Below, piece by piece: positions 14,395 through 29,829 of a stretch of DNA of 64,000 nt; the first letter of the stretch is position 1; every line of letters starts with the position of its first letter. Both the position numbers and the translations under genes were made by a program. The DNA is taken from assembly GCA_017654855.1 (NCBI GenBank), contig CM030337.1, positions 3,472,001 through 3,536,000 of the forward strand, given 5' to 3'. The stretch comes from Podospora anserina (Eukaryota). Below the pieces are notes generated by a model. It saw nothing but the letters and a program-made list of their open reading frames with translations, ran no database searches and was not told where the DNA came from.

Positions 14395-15102
14395 GGTGAG
14401 AGAGCTGGGTGTGTGAATGGCGGACGAGACTGAAGATATCGCCGTCGTCGTCCTCGTCCTCGTCGCGAATTGGCAGGCCGGGCGATGGAAAGTATGGGAT
14501 CCACAATTGTTTTCCTGGCTTAGCGCGGGCTGCTCATGACAATCACGGGATGTGGCACGTGCTTTCGCAACCTCCAAAAGCTGCCCCGGCAATTGTCGGT
14601 TCAAGTGGACCCCTCCCCCAGGTCAGATCACATGGCGTTCTCCATCGTGCGTCTCTCTCCCCGATGTGCGATGACGCTGCTGGGGGTTTGTCCGCGGGGA
14701 GCCGCTTGACTGGTTAGTGCAGATGTTACCTCGGCTTTTGGACTTGTTTCCTGATCGTCCCCTTCCGCCGTTGGAAGCGGATTGCCTGTGGTGTGCCATT
14801 CGGTGCTGTATTCCTCACTGTGTCCTCTGGGGGGAATACATCGTTAAGTGCTACTTGGCGGGTCCGTTTCCGTTGAAGAGAAACCGCCCCTCCGAACATA
14901 GATCGAAACTAGAGCAGTTCCTCCGGTGTGGTATAAAGACCGTTTAAGCTGCCCACCTTCCTTTTGTCCCTGGACTTTTTGTTTTTCTTGTGATTCCGTT
15001 TTCGATTTCCCGGTGCACCATCCCATACCGTTCAACGTCCACCCCGCCCTTTGTAGCGTTCCAACCGTCGTCTGTACCCTCCCTACGTTTAACATCACCG
15101 AG

Positions 15103-16543
15103 ATGAGGCCCTTCGCGAGAGCATTGCGCCCTGCTGTGCGTAGAAGTCTGGCTGTTTCTGCCCCCAGGATATCCAGCGGGAGAACGGCTGCGCTTCCTGC
15201 TGTTCAGATGTGAGTTCAAGCTGCTGGTGTTTATGGGCAAGGAACTGTAGTTGACAGCCCCCCTCCCAGCGCTGCCCGTCCTCTTTCTACCACTGCTCCT
15301 CGCCGCGATCCCAGCCTTGCCGATGTCGCCCCAACACCCATCACCCACTTCTCCGAGACCGAGGTCGCCATGGCCGAGGCGGTCCAAAAGTTCGCCAACG
15401 ACGTCATCCTGCCCAAGGTTCGCGACATGGACGAGGCCGAGGAGATGGATCCCACCATCGTCGAGCAGCTCTTTGAGCAGGGTATCATGGGTGTTGAGAT
15501 TCCCGAGGAGTACGGCGGTGCCGGCATGAACTTCACCGCTGCGATTGTTGGTATTGAGGAATTGGCCCGTGTCGACCCATCGGTATCCGTCATGGTGGAC
15601 GTCCACAACACCCTCGTCAACACTGCTGTGATCAGGTGGGGTAGCGAAACCCTCAAGAAGAAGTACCTCCCCAAGCTGGCCACCAACACCGTTGGCTCCT
15701 TCTGCTTGTCCGAGCCGGTTAGCGGTTCTGACGCTTTCGCTCTGGCCACCAAGGCTACCCCTACCGAAAATGGGTACAAGATCAACGGCAGCAAGATGTG
15801 GATCACCAACAGCATGGAGGCCGAATTCTTCATTGTTTTCGCCAACCTCAAGCCTGAGCAGGGATACAAGGGTATCTCCGCCTTCATCGTTGACAAGGGC
15901 ATGAAGGGCTTCAGCATCGCCAAGAAGGAGAAGAAGCTCGGCATCAAGGCCAGCAGCACCTGCGTTCTCAACTTTGACGATGTTGAGGTCCCCAAGGAGA
16001 ACCTCCTCGGTCAGGAGGGCCAGGGTTACAAGTACGCCATCCAGATCCTGAACGAGGGCCGTATCGGTATTGGTGCTCAGATGACCGGTCTTGCTCTCGG
16101 TGCGTGGGAGAATGCTGTCAAGTATGTGTGGAACGACCGCAAGCAGTTTGGAAAGTTGGTTGGCGAGTTCCAGGGTATGCAGCACCAGATTGCGCAGTCT
16201 TACACCGAGATCGCGGCGGCGCGCGCGTTGGTGTACAATGCTGCTCGCAAGAAGGAGGCCGGCGAGGATTTCGTCATGGACGCTGCCATGGCCAAGCTTT
16301 ACGCCTCCCAGGTCGCTGGCCGTGTGAGCGGGTTGGCGGTGGAGTGGATGGGTGGTATGGGCTTCGTCCGTGAGGGTCTGGCTGAGAAGTTCTTCCGTGA
16401 CAGCAAGATTGGCGCCATCTATGAGGGCACGAGCAACATTCAGTACGTTCTTGTCTCTTGTCTAGCTAACCGGACTATTGCTAACAGAATCCTGCAGGCT
16501 CAACACCATTGCGAAGATGTTGCAAAAGGAGTATACCGCTTAG
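15103..16543 (+). CDS. Mitochondrial short/branched-chain acyl-CoA dehydrogenase, 3 exons
   Basis: SFCLSEPVSGSDAFAL, NGSKMWITN, LNEGRIGI, GAIYEGTSNIQ; introns 15210-15269 and 16443-16497. Confidence 0.95.
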
Positions 16544-18503
16544 GTTGTTTTCTTTTGTCACTCTGTTTGAAGCATACATTTGAACCGGAGTTATCTTTTT
16601 GCATGGGCGGTTTCCTTAGGCCTGAAAATGGAGGGCTTGTTTTTGCCTCGTTGAGAGCTATAAACCATATGAATACCATTTACACAATACATATCGTGAA
16701 TGAACCAGGATCTGCTTGTCTTGCGGTATGTCTTGGCGTTTTGAAGGTGAAGTGGATTCTGGGGAAGTCCAGAAAACAGACTTGCAGCCCTATGGATGGG
16801 GATTGAACTTGCAAACTTTCCATGTCCGCACCTTGTGAGATGTACAATGCAGTATTGGCAGATGTTAAGGTCGTGAGATATTCCTTGCATGTCTCTTCAT
16901 CTACACCGAGACCGATGGGAGAGGAGGAAAAGCAAACGGGCCGACATGATGGGCCACATCTCGGCTGTAACCATACTCAACAATGCAGACAAACATGTTC
17001 CTTCCAAGGCTGCCATAGATCGCTCGGCCTCTATTGAGGTTGGAAGATCAGACTCGGACACCTTCTCGGTAGACCGGGTCCAGAGTACGAAGGTACCCAA
17101 ACGCCCGGCACGGACGGATGAGCACAACAAAGTCCTACGAGCAGTCCTAGCGACGAGTCGGAAATGAACAGAAGCATATCAGCCGTAGCGAAAACGCCAA
17201 CCTCATCCACACTGAAAGATGAGATATATGCAATATGGCTTCAAATCTGACAAGCCGTTATCGGTCCTGCCAAGACCACCCCAATTAATACCTTAGGGCT
17301 CTGAAGCACAGCCGGCATGATCCCAAGTGGTGGTTTCCGGGATGCAACGCGATTCGATGTGAGATTTTTGGATTGCATGTCGAGAGTTGACCGACGTTGC
17401 GCATTGCCATGCTCACAGACGGAAAGCAAGGCACCTCATGGAGAAATCGAGACACTGCCCCTCACTCGATGCTCCACTTCCCTGCCTGACTGTGACTGTG
17501 TGACGGGGCTGAGAAGCACTGGCTATCAGCAAGACATTTCTTGATGGAATGAAGATTTGATCCCGTCCGTACTTCTCGTCCACGCCATCCCAACTTCCAC
17601 CCGATATCTCTCGCCCATCCCCGTAGTTCAGGAGTGCAGTACGGAGTACGGGCTGTTTATCTGATCAACAACACGGCTGTGCCACCTCAACCACGGTGTG
17701 AAAGTGAGCTACCCCGCAGCGCGCCACTTGGTCAAGCTATCGCTTGGCTTTGGGACTCGGTGCATGGGCCAGGGTTCAACGACCAGGTGAACCTCGTCGT
17801 CAACAGTGGCCGATAGACAAACCTTGAGCAAAAGCTGAAAAAGTGGCCACAAGCAGGCGAGGTTCGTGACAGCCTTGTTCCAGCCCGTGGAGGCGAAGCT
17901 CTTTCTTTGGATGACCACGGCACATATCAACCAAAACTTTTGGTAGAAGCGCAAAAGCCCGAATTAGCGCAGGCCTATCTTTGTGAGTCCTATTATTCCC
18001 GTTGCTTTGCCAATCCTCATTCATTCCCGGCATCTTCCCCTTCAGCAACAGCGCCCAGCAATAGAGAAGAGCATACCCAGCTCTAGTCCCCAGTGCGCCT
18101 CCACACCACCAGCTCCCACAGCAACCCAAGTTGGGTGGATAGCCAACATTTCCACGCTTCGCTGCCAAACACTACCCACCGACTCTCGCATCCCAGGTGC
18201 TGCAGTGGAAGGAAGGAGTCGCCGCAAGGTACCGTGGCCAAGTGTGTCTCCCCAGAGCTGTTTCCAAATGCGAAACACATCAACCCCGCCATAACCCAGC
18301 ACTGACGACATCCCATCTCGAGTCGCTCGCAAACAGCAACCTCCGCGTCCTGATCGGCGGGCTGGTACGCCAGTGGCTCTTGCCCTACGACACTAGCCAA
18401 CATCCTAAAGAGAAAAAGTCTTCCTAACAACCTCTGTTATCACAGTATCCCTTAATAGTCCCCGTTTTCACCGCGCGCCCGGCCGCGCACCAACACCGCC
18501 GCC

Positions 18504-22422
<3,919 letters not shown>

Positions 22423-23236
22423 AGCGATGGAGAGCCGGATACTTTATGAGGGAGGTTACCAACTGGACTATCGTGAAGCCGACCGCGGTCTGTCTGTCGA
22501 AGTTTGTTGCCGACATGGCAACCACCAACACAGAGACGAGAATACTTTGTGCCTGCAACGTGGCTAGTTGTTTAACGCTGCTGTTTTGGTAATGAAAGGG
22601 GGCCGAGGGGAATTAGCATATACCCAGGGCACTTCGTGTCCAGCTGCGTTGTTTATGAGGAGGGACAATCGTTTGACGGGAGGGGGAAGGCAGTGGGCAT
22701 TATGACAGACCAAATTTGCTGCTTCGAGAGAGGGATCTAAGAACGGCAAGGCGGCGGTAGGCAGGCTGACAAGTGAGGTGTCAAGAGAAGAACTGGAGGA
22801 TGGCGTAATGGGTTGACAATGATGGAAGAAGCATATGTGAGTAGGTGGAGGGCGTGCTGTGCGACGTTTGGGTCTGGACAAGGTCAAGGTTAGGGTGGAA
22901 AAGACACCAGGGATGAAGGGTGGGGGGGCATTTTCTTGCAAATGTCTTTTTCTTCTTGTATCAAGGCCGTTTTCTTTAGAAGTCAAGCAAATGAATGGGA
23001 GAGATGAAACGACCTTTTTTCACCTTACGGGGGTGCCTCTCTATATGTCACGGCAGTGTTTGCCAGGAAGGGAAATACCTTCCTTTTTATCCATATCCCC
23101 CCTTTTTTGGTGGTTGGTCAAATTGGATGTTAACTCCCAACCCAACCCAGGTCTAATATACGGCATTCCATCTCTGGTTTTATTTACATGAATAGGTAGG
23201 GGTTTTGGTATTTTACATTATAAACATTTTTGTAGC

Positions 23237-24724
23237 TTATGGGCTGCTGAACCGCATCACCGCCAGCGCAACAGCCACCGCAACCGCAGCACCCGCCGCC
23301 GCCCCCTCGAGCGCGATAACCGACACATCCTTCATCCTCAGCGCTATCCTCCTGTCGCTATACAAATCCATCGCGTCATCCCTGAGCAACTGGGGATCTT
23401 CCCAGTACTCCTGAAGCACCTCTTTCCAAGGCCTCTGGCCGCCTCCAAAGAGGCTGCTCCGCCTAAAGTCATGCTCCGATGGGCGGGTGGCTTCCTCTTC
23501 TTCTGTTACCAAGGGGACGGCAGCACCATCTTCTTGTTCCTTCTCCTCAATCAAAACTGGCTCCTCCTCCACCACCACAGGCGCAGCCAGTTGTTGTCTC
23601 TGATGATGCTCCTTCACCACCTCCATCGCCGCCCTGACCTCCTTCAGCTCCCTCCTCACCTCCTCCATATTCTCCTTTTCCGTCTCCGCAATCCCCTTAA
23701 TCATCCTCTTCCTCCTCCACGGCTCCGCCACAAACTGCAGAACCAAAAACAAGACAAAGTTCACGCCCATCAACCCCCACGTCCCCCAAGTCGACTGCCT
23801 CCTTATCCTATCACTCCAAATCTGCTCCTCATGATACCGCCTCAGGATTCCCGCGTTCAGCTCAGCAGATATCCTGCTCTCGTTCGTTTCTGCCTCTGTC
23901 AGCTCCGCGCTCGCGGCAGAGACTTGCGCTTCGAGGGTGTGGTCCATTCGATAAAGCGAAGTGAATCGTTCCAAATCGGTCGGGTTCCAGGTGTCTTTTC
24001 TCGCGAGGAGGGCGGTGACCTCCCTCTGGGTCGAGGCGCGGTGGGTGGTGAGGGACTTGTAGTTTTGGCGGGCGGCGCGGAGGCGGGCTTGGGCGGTGGA
24101 GAGGTCTGATTCCAGCTGGGCGTTGCGGGACTTTATGGCTTCGATGGCGGAGTAGCCTGTTAGGTCGTTTAGGGTTTGGGTTGCGACGAGGATGCGGGAT
24201 TGGAACTGGTCCATGAAGGCGGAGAATTTGACTGAGAGGGAGTGGCGGTGGGAGTCGGTTACGGAGGGGAGTTCGGGTTCGGGGGGGTTGGGTTTTGAGG
24301 GGGAGGGGTTTGGGGATTCGGAGGGGGAAGGGTCGGGGGAGGAAGATTCGGGGGTGGAGGAAGGTGATTCGGAAGTTGGTTCTGATTTTGAGGGGTCGGC
24401 ATCTTCTGTTGGCGGTGGTGATGAGGGGTCTGAAGGTGTGTTTTCTGTGCTGTGCTGGCTTTCTGGTTGGGGCGCGTTGAGGGGAATGGGCTCGCTTGGA
24501 GATCCGAGCTCAATGACAGGATCTGTCTCGGGTTGCGGTCGTTTTGGGGGAGGGCGGGCGGTTGAGAAATGCCGTGGGAGACGGGCGTAGAGCCCAATGC
24601 CGAATCCAGCGCATGAGGTGTTATACCGGAAACATTGCGACGGTGGCAGCTGGGCTAGCGCTTTCCTCGTCGCCAATTGACTGAGAGGCCGGGCAGCCAG
24701 CCGCAAAGTTGTGTGAGGCGACAT
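23237..24724 (-). CDS. SHE9: Mitochondrial inner membrane protein She9/Mdm33
   Basis: LNDLTGYSAIE, RASTQREV..LL.RK..W.P.DLERFT.LYR.DH, RYHEEQIWSDRIRRQSTWGTW; start taken at MSPHTTLRL. Confidence 0.93.
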   Translation of the reverse strand: MSPHTTLRLAARPLSQLATRKALAQLPPSQCFRYNTSCAGFGIGLYARLPRHFSTARPPPKRPQPETDPVIELGSPSEPIPLNAPQPESQHSTENTPSDPSSPPPTEDADPSKSEPTSESPSSTPESSSPDPSPSESPNPSPSKPNPPEPELPSVTDSHRHSLSVKFSAFMDQFQSRILVATQTLNDLTGYSAIEAIKSRNAQLESDLSTAQARLRAARQNYKSLTTHRASTQREVTALLARKDTWNPTDLERFTSLYRMDHTLEAQVSAASAELTEAETNESRISAELNAGILRRYHEEQIWSDRIRRQSTWGTWGLMGVNFVLFLVLQFVAEPWRRKRMIKGIAETEKENMEEVRRELKEVRAAMEVVKEHHQRQQLAAPVVVEEEPVLIEEKEQEDGAAVPLVTEEEEATRPSEHDFRRSSLFGGGQRPWKEVLQEYWEDPQLLRDDAMDLYSDRRIALRMKDVSVIALEGAAAGAAVAVAVALAVMRFSSP

Positions 24725-24930
24725 GAAGGATTCGGCTCGAGGCCGGGGAACGGCTGGAACGGTAACGACGTTGCGGGTGTGCCGGACGTGAGGAGAAGAG
24801 AGCTCTCGGGTGTCAATCGGATCCGTTGATGATATTCCCTGGCATTCTGCCGCGGGTACCCCGCTGACCGCCCAGGTGCCAAGAGCAAAGACGTCATACC
24901 CTAACCCTGGCATCCATGTACCCTAAGGGT

Positions 24931-24960
24931 TCAGGGGTATTCAGGGGTATTCAGGGGTAA
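24931..24960 (+). repeat. Three tandem 10-bp repeats TCAGGGGTA(T/A), each containing AGGGG (STRE-like)
   Basis: tcaggggtat tcaggggtat tcaggggtaa in the SHE9/SDR divergent intergenic region. Confidence 0.75.
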
Positions 24961-25238
24961 CGACATTCTGATCAGACCGTGGGTATGCGTCACGAAAGCC
25001 CAGGTTCGCCGCTTTTCGGTGTTGACTTCATACAAATCAGAAAGATGTGACGTGATAGGCTTTTCTTCATTGATCAATCTAGCCAATATCATGGACCCAA
25101 CTGCCACGAATTCCCCTGATGAGTTCAGACGAGACACGGATCCACTCTGACGATAGTATGCCATCATGGCCTTTTGATCTATATGTTTGATCATCCCATA
25201 CTCACAATTTTAATTTCGCCGCTTTCGAAGCCATCACC

Positions 25239-26160
25239 ATGGATGAGTTCACAGGAAATCTTGAGGGCAAAGTTGCAATCGGTAAGGTACTCCTCCGCAG
25301 TTGACAGTGAACTATCCGAGATCTGACTCCATCCTGCCAGTAACCGGCGCCTCGCGCGGCATTGGGGCAACCATTGCAACCACACTCGCTCAACACGGGT
25401 GTGCTGTAGTAGTAAACTACAACAAGTCCGCCGCAGAAGCCAAGATCCTGGGGAAACAGATTAATAAGGACTACGATGTGACAACCTACGCCGTGCAGGC
25501 CGATGTCTCCAAACCCGAGGAAGTAGCCCAACTGTTTGAAAAGACTGTCAAAGTGCTGGGAAGGGTTGACATAGTTGTCAGCAACGCTGGCGTTGAGCAT
25601 TTCGGCAATCTTGCTGCAGTGCAATCGGAGGAGATCGACCATGTCTTCGATGTCAATGTCAAGGGCCAGTTCTTCGTCGCTCAACAAGCGGAGAAGTATA
25701 TGGAGGAAAGGGGGAGGTTGATACTGACAAGCAGTGTTTCTGCCGTAATGGTATGTTCCCACGCCCTGGAGTTTCTTCTGTTGTTGAGTCTTACGCTGAG
25801 AAATATGGCCAGGGCGTACCACATCACACAATCTATGCGGCGTCCAAAGCGGCGGTTACGGGAATGACCAAGTGCCTGGCATGGGATTTTGGAAAGAAGA
25901 ACATCACAGTGAATTGCATCGCAGCTGGCGGTGTCAAGAGTGATATGTATGACAAGAATGCAAAGGAGTACATGAAGGACGGGGATGAACTGAGTGTGGC
26001 GGAAATCGACGCTCGTATATCATCTTGGAGTCCACTAGGAAGGGTCGGGATGCCGGAAGATATTGCTGGTGTGGTTGCATTGCTGGCAAGCGATGAAGCA
26101 GGATGGATCACTGGACAGACCTTGCATGTTAGTGGAGGCGCTCACATGGCCACTGCCTAA
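25239..26160 (+). CDS. Short-chain dehydrogenase/reductase, hydroxynaphthalene/versicolorin-reductase-like, 3 exons
   Basis: LEGKVAI|VTGASRGIG, VVSNAGVEHFG, NVKGQFFVAQQA, HTIYAASK, ITVNCIAAGGVKSDMY, WSPLGRVG. Confidence 0.88.
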
Positions 26161-26854
26161 GATTACAGCATTCATTGTAGTTTGTTGTAGGATTAACCTT
26201 GTTTTGTTTCTTTTATTCTTTTTCCACTGATTTTGGTACATCATAAGGATGGACTGTTTCAGGCCGCGGTTGAAATTGGAATCTGAACGAACCTCAAGCT
26301 TGAATCCAGGAGAGGGTGACGACCTCTGAAGATTTGCCAATGAGGAATTTTGTTCGTGGCATTTAATGATGATGGTGCTAAATAGGGTTAAGAGATGTAG
26401 CTAAATCTACCACACATTTTTGAAAGCCACTCAGATACTTAGATATTTAGGTACCTGTACTTCAAGTGCCGGGAAATCTTGAAAAGCGTCTCAATATTGA
26501 TACTCGAATGTTCATGAACCCAAAACCGCGGCTGATGCTGTTTCCTATTCATAGGGAATAGCCGCCCGTGAGAACCGCAGCATGTTAACTATCGAAAGAT
26601 TTTATCACATGATGTCTTCGTAGAAGCCTGCTTGTGTTCGTGGTCTGTAGGCACACCTGCTGCATGGCGCTCCTCAGAATGACCGAGGTTTAGAAAGAAG
26701 ACCGGGCAGGAGCGACTGGAGTCGGGTCACCAACAGCACTCCTCTTTCCATTTCTACACTCCATCTCAGGCATCTACTGGAGGCCCCTCACAGTTATTCT
26801 CCCCTCCTTCCTCGTTTTACTGTCTTCCACTATTCAAGTCTATTCACCGCATTC

Positions 26855-29228
26855 ATGCCATTCAGACCCAAAGAAGAGTTCCATTTGATGCTTCGAAGGA
26901 TCAAGCGCACCAACTATGACGACCAGGATTTCTATGCGCAGCGAGACATCGTAGATTGGATGGAAGCAGTCGAAAATGGCAACAACGCATCGAGCGCGGC
27001 TCTGCTTCTTACCAGCGTCTACGGCTTCGACTCGTTTGTGCCTGTACGAGATGAAGATTTGGAGGGAGCGCTGGTTGTTTTTGCCTTTCTCATCCACATG
27101 AATTGCGGGGATCTCATACACATCTTCATATCATACTTTCAAGACGACACGCTTGATCGAGACGTCCCCAGTGGGATTCGCGACGCCATCCGGTGCTGTC
27201 ATCTGCGGCCCGAATCGCAGATACAACAGCTTATAGATCGGTTCGACGACGAGCGCTGGGCATTCGTGCCAGTTAGGGTTGAGGATATCTGCCGAAAAGC
27301 AAAGTGCTGGAAACGGGTTTTTACATCCTCCCATTCTGCAGGAAGGAAGTCGTAAGACTTCCTGGACCTGTTCACACAGCGGTGAACAATGTTTGGATCC
27401 AGAGTGATCTCGTCTCGGGAGAGCTCAGTGAGAAGTTTAAGGGGTCAGAGAGACGGAAGATAACGAGTTTGGTCAGGTAAGTTATCCCGTTCTATGTGAG
27501 ATAAGTCCATATGCGTTTGCCCCAGTAGCGTGAGCTCTACTAAATAAGACTTTTCCAGTGCTATCGTCTCGCCATGTTTTCATATCAAAGCAACTATCGA
27601 GTGTTCAGGGATGAAATCAGCCACTTTGAGGGCATCGGAATGCTCAAAGGAGCGATTAAATGCCATGGAAGCTTCCTGTACAAAGGCTCCGGTGATGGAG
27701 ATTACAGGGAATGCCACATCCTTTCTGAGGGTGTCGAACAAAGTCTTCATGATCTCCTTGCCTCGGCAGCAGCACCAAGTACAAATCTCGAAATCGTCAA
27801 CTCTTGGACTAGGATTTTCGGTGTGGCCGAGACTTTATCTGACCTGGAGAAAATGGAGTACAAATTTCCAAATGGAAAAGTCGTGCTGTCAAAAGGGTAC
27901 GTTGCTGAAGTCAATTGTATGGTCACATCGCTGATTCTTGCCGGATAATCCAGATGGCATGGCTATACCGACCCCAACAGTATCTTCTGGGTTGAGGACA
28001 GATTCAAGCTTGCAGACTTTAACCAATCCAAGTTTGAAGTAGAAAGGTCTTTGCATCGGCTCAACGTGGAGAAGACTCACAGAGCCTTTTTATCCGGTAT
28101 GATATTTGTACATTTTGCATAGTACATATCCTCGCACCGACTTATACTAAAATTACTCGTCCAGGTTCCCCAGAATGCACACCCGGGCGGCGGATAACGC
28201 ACTTTACCATGAAAGCATTGCACAGGATGACCATTTGGTCCCTGGGATGCGTTTTGTCTAGTTTTGCGACGTGGATTGTTTTCGGGCCAGACGGCTATGA
28301 TGAATATCACAGACTTCGTTCCCGTGCCATCCGCGCTATGCCAACGGCCCAGACCGACGAAGGTGTCTCACTTCATAAATGTGGCTTTCACGATGGCTTT
28401 GCGCTGTTGCAGTCAGTCAAAGACTGGCACCAGTTTTTGTGTCTCTCACTTAGGCTGTCAGACACCATTACTGGCAAGGTGCTGGATCTTATTGAAGCAA
28501 AACTGTTGGTGAACGACCCCAAAGAGCGAATTTCATCAAGAGAGTTGGTCCGGGTGCTTGAGGAAATTATTGTTCAAGCGAAACATGATTATGACACGGC
28601 TATAAAGAATCGCGAAATGCTCCCAGACGAATTCTTCAAGGAGTTGCAGGATCTGGATATTGAAAAATATGGAAGCACCCATGTCAGCAAAAGCCCCGAC
28701 GCTGACAGCAGTGACGATGAAGAAGCAGCTCATGAAGCTTGGCAGTCCCAGTCTTCCCGCAGTGCTAGTTTGGACAGATCGTCAGTCAGCGGAGCGAAGT
28801 CACCTACCGATGACGAAAAGACTGAGGAGGCGCCTAGTCCCAGGACTCAGCACAGAAAGCTATCAATCTCTTCTGCAGAACAACACCAGCCTGCCTCAAG
28901 CGCAGATAGTGATGCAGCGACCCATCGCCCGCCTAGTTCGAGCCGAAACCGAGACTCATCACCAGATGAGCACTCTGTTTCCAACCTTGAGAGAGACTCC
29001 TCGATGGATCGCAGGTCAACCCCAAGCCGTGACGGGAGTCCCTCTGTTGACGGCGAGCGAGACCTCTGGTCTTTTGGTTTTGGAATCCCGAATGCTCGTG
29101 CTAAGGCTCGTGCGAAGGGGCAGAAGCAAGAAAGAACCGCATCTAAGAAAAATGATGGATTTGATTGGGAAGCCTGGGTTCAGGCTGCTGCTCGTACCGA
29201 CATGATGCCACCAGCAATGCCTGTTTAA
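26855..29228 (+). pseudogene. Degenerate protein-kinase-like gene (pseudokinase) with two apparent frameshifts
   Basis: Spliced reading gives CYRLAMF, GWHGYTDPNSIF..FKLADFN, GSPE, TIWSLGC..ATW; frame changes needed near 27300 and 27450. Confidence 0.72.
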
Positions 29229-29829
29229 GCTGAGCAGAGTGGTGCATGATAAATCCTTGTACTGGCGGCTTCGGGAAGACTACCTTGTTTAGCGGGAAAC
29301 ACGAATAATGCTTGGTTTCATTTGTTTCTTTTCAGTATGATGACGATCCGATTTCTGGCCTGCTCCTTGGTGGCGTTCAGATTGGATATTGGTTGCATAT
29401 ATTGGCATTGAAATACCATCTTTTCTATCTTTTCGATTGGTTGCGGGCTTGGTGGTTATGAACAAGTCGACCAGACTCTTGATGTCCTCGAATTTATCGG
29501 CAGTAGGTATCGATGGAAAATCAGACGAACCATAACTCATGGTACAGCGGCTGTCGCCCCTGCACCGCCCTCGTCGGTAGCCTGCAATGGCCTGCCACAC
29601 CCGTAAGGCACAGCACCTGGCAGACTAAGGTACCTCTGTGGCTCAGCTTGTTACCCAACATGAAACTATAAAGGAATCTAAGGCTGCGCAGCTTTTGACA
29701 CCTCTCTTTTCCCTTCGTTATTATGTCCTTCCCCCTTCTTGATGTCCAGCCAAATTCACGATTCGTAGATTGGTACGGATACTTGACTTTGAGAAGCTGG
29801 CTTGAATCACAACTCAGGAGCCCTCTAAA

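Noticed and set aside
14944..16185. 413-aa antisense ORF (and similar ones opposite PAT1, GT15, PKC1)
   Set aside because: Shadow ORFs caused by codon bias of the real opposite-strand genes
16600..18500. Many short ORFs upstream of PKC1 as possible uORFs
   Set aside because: Transcript start unknown and no conservation evidence available
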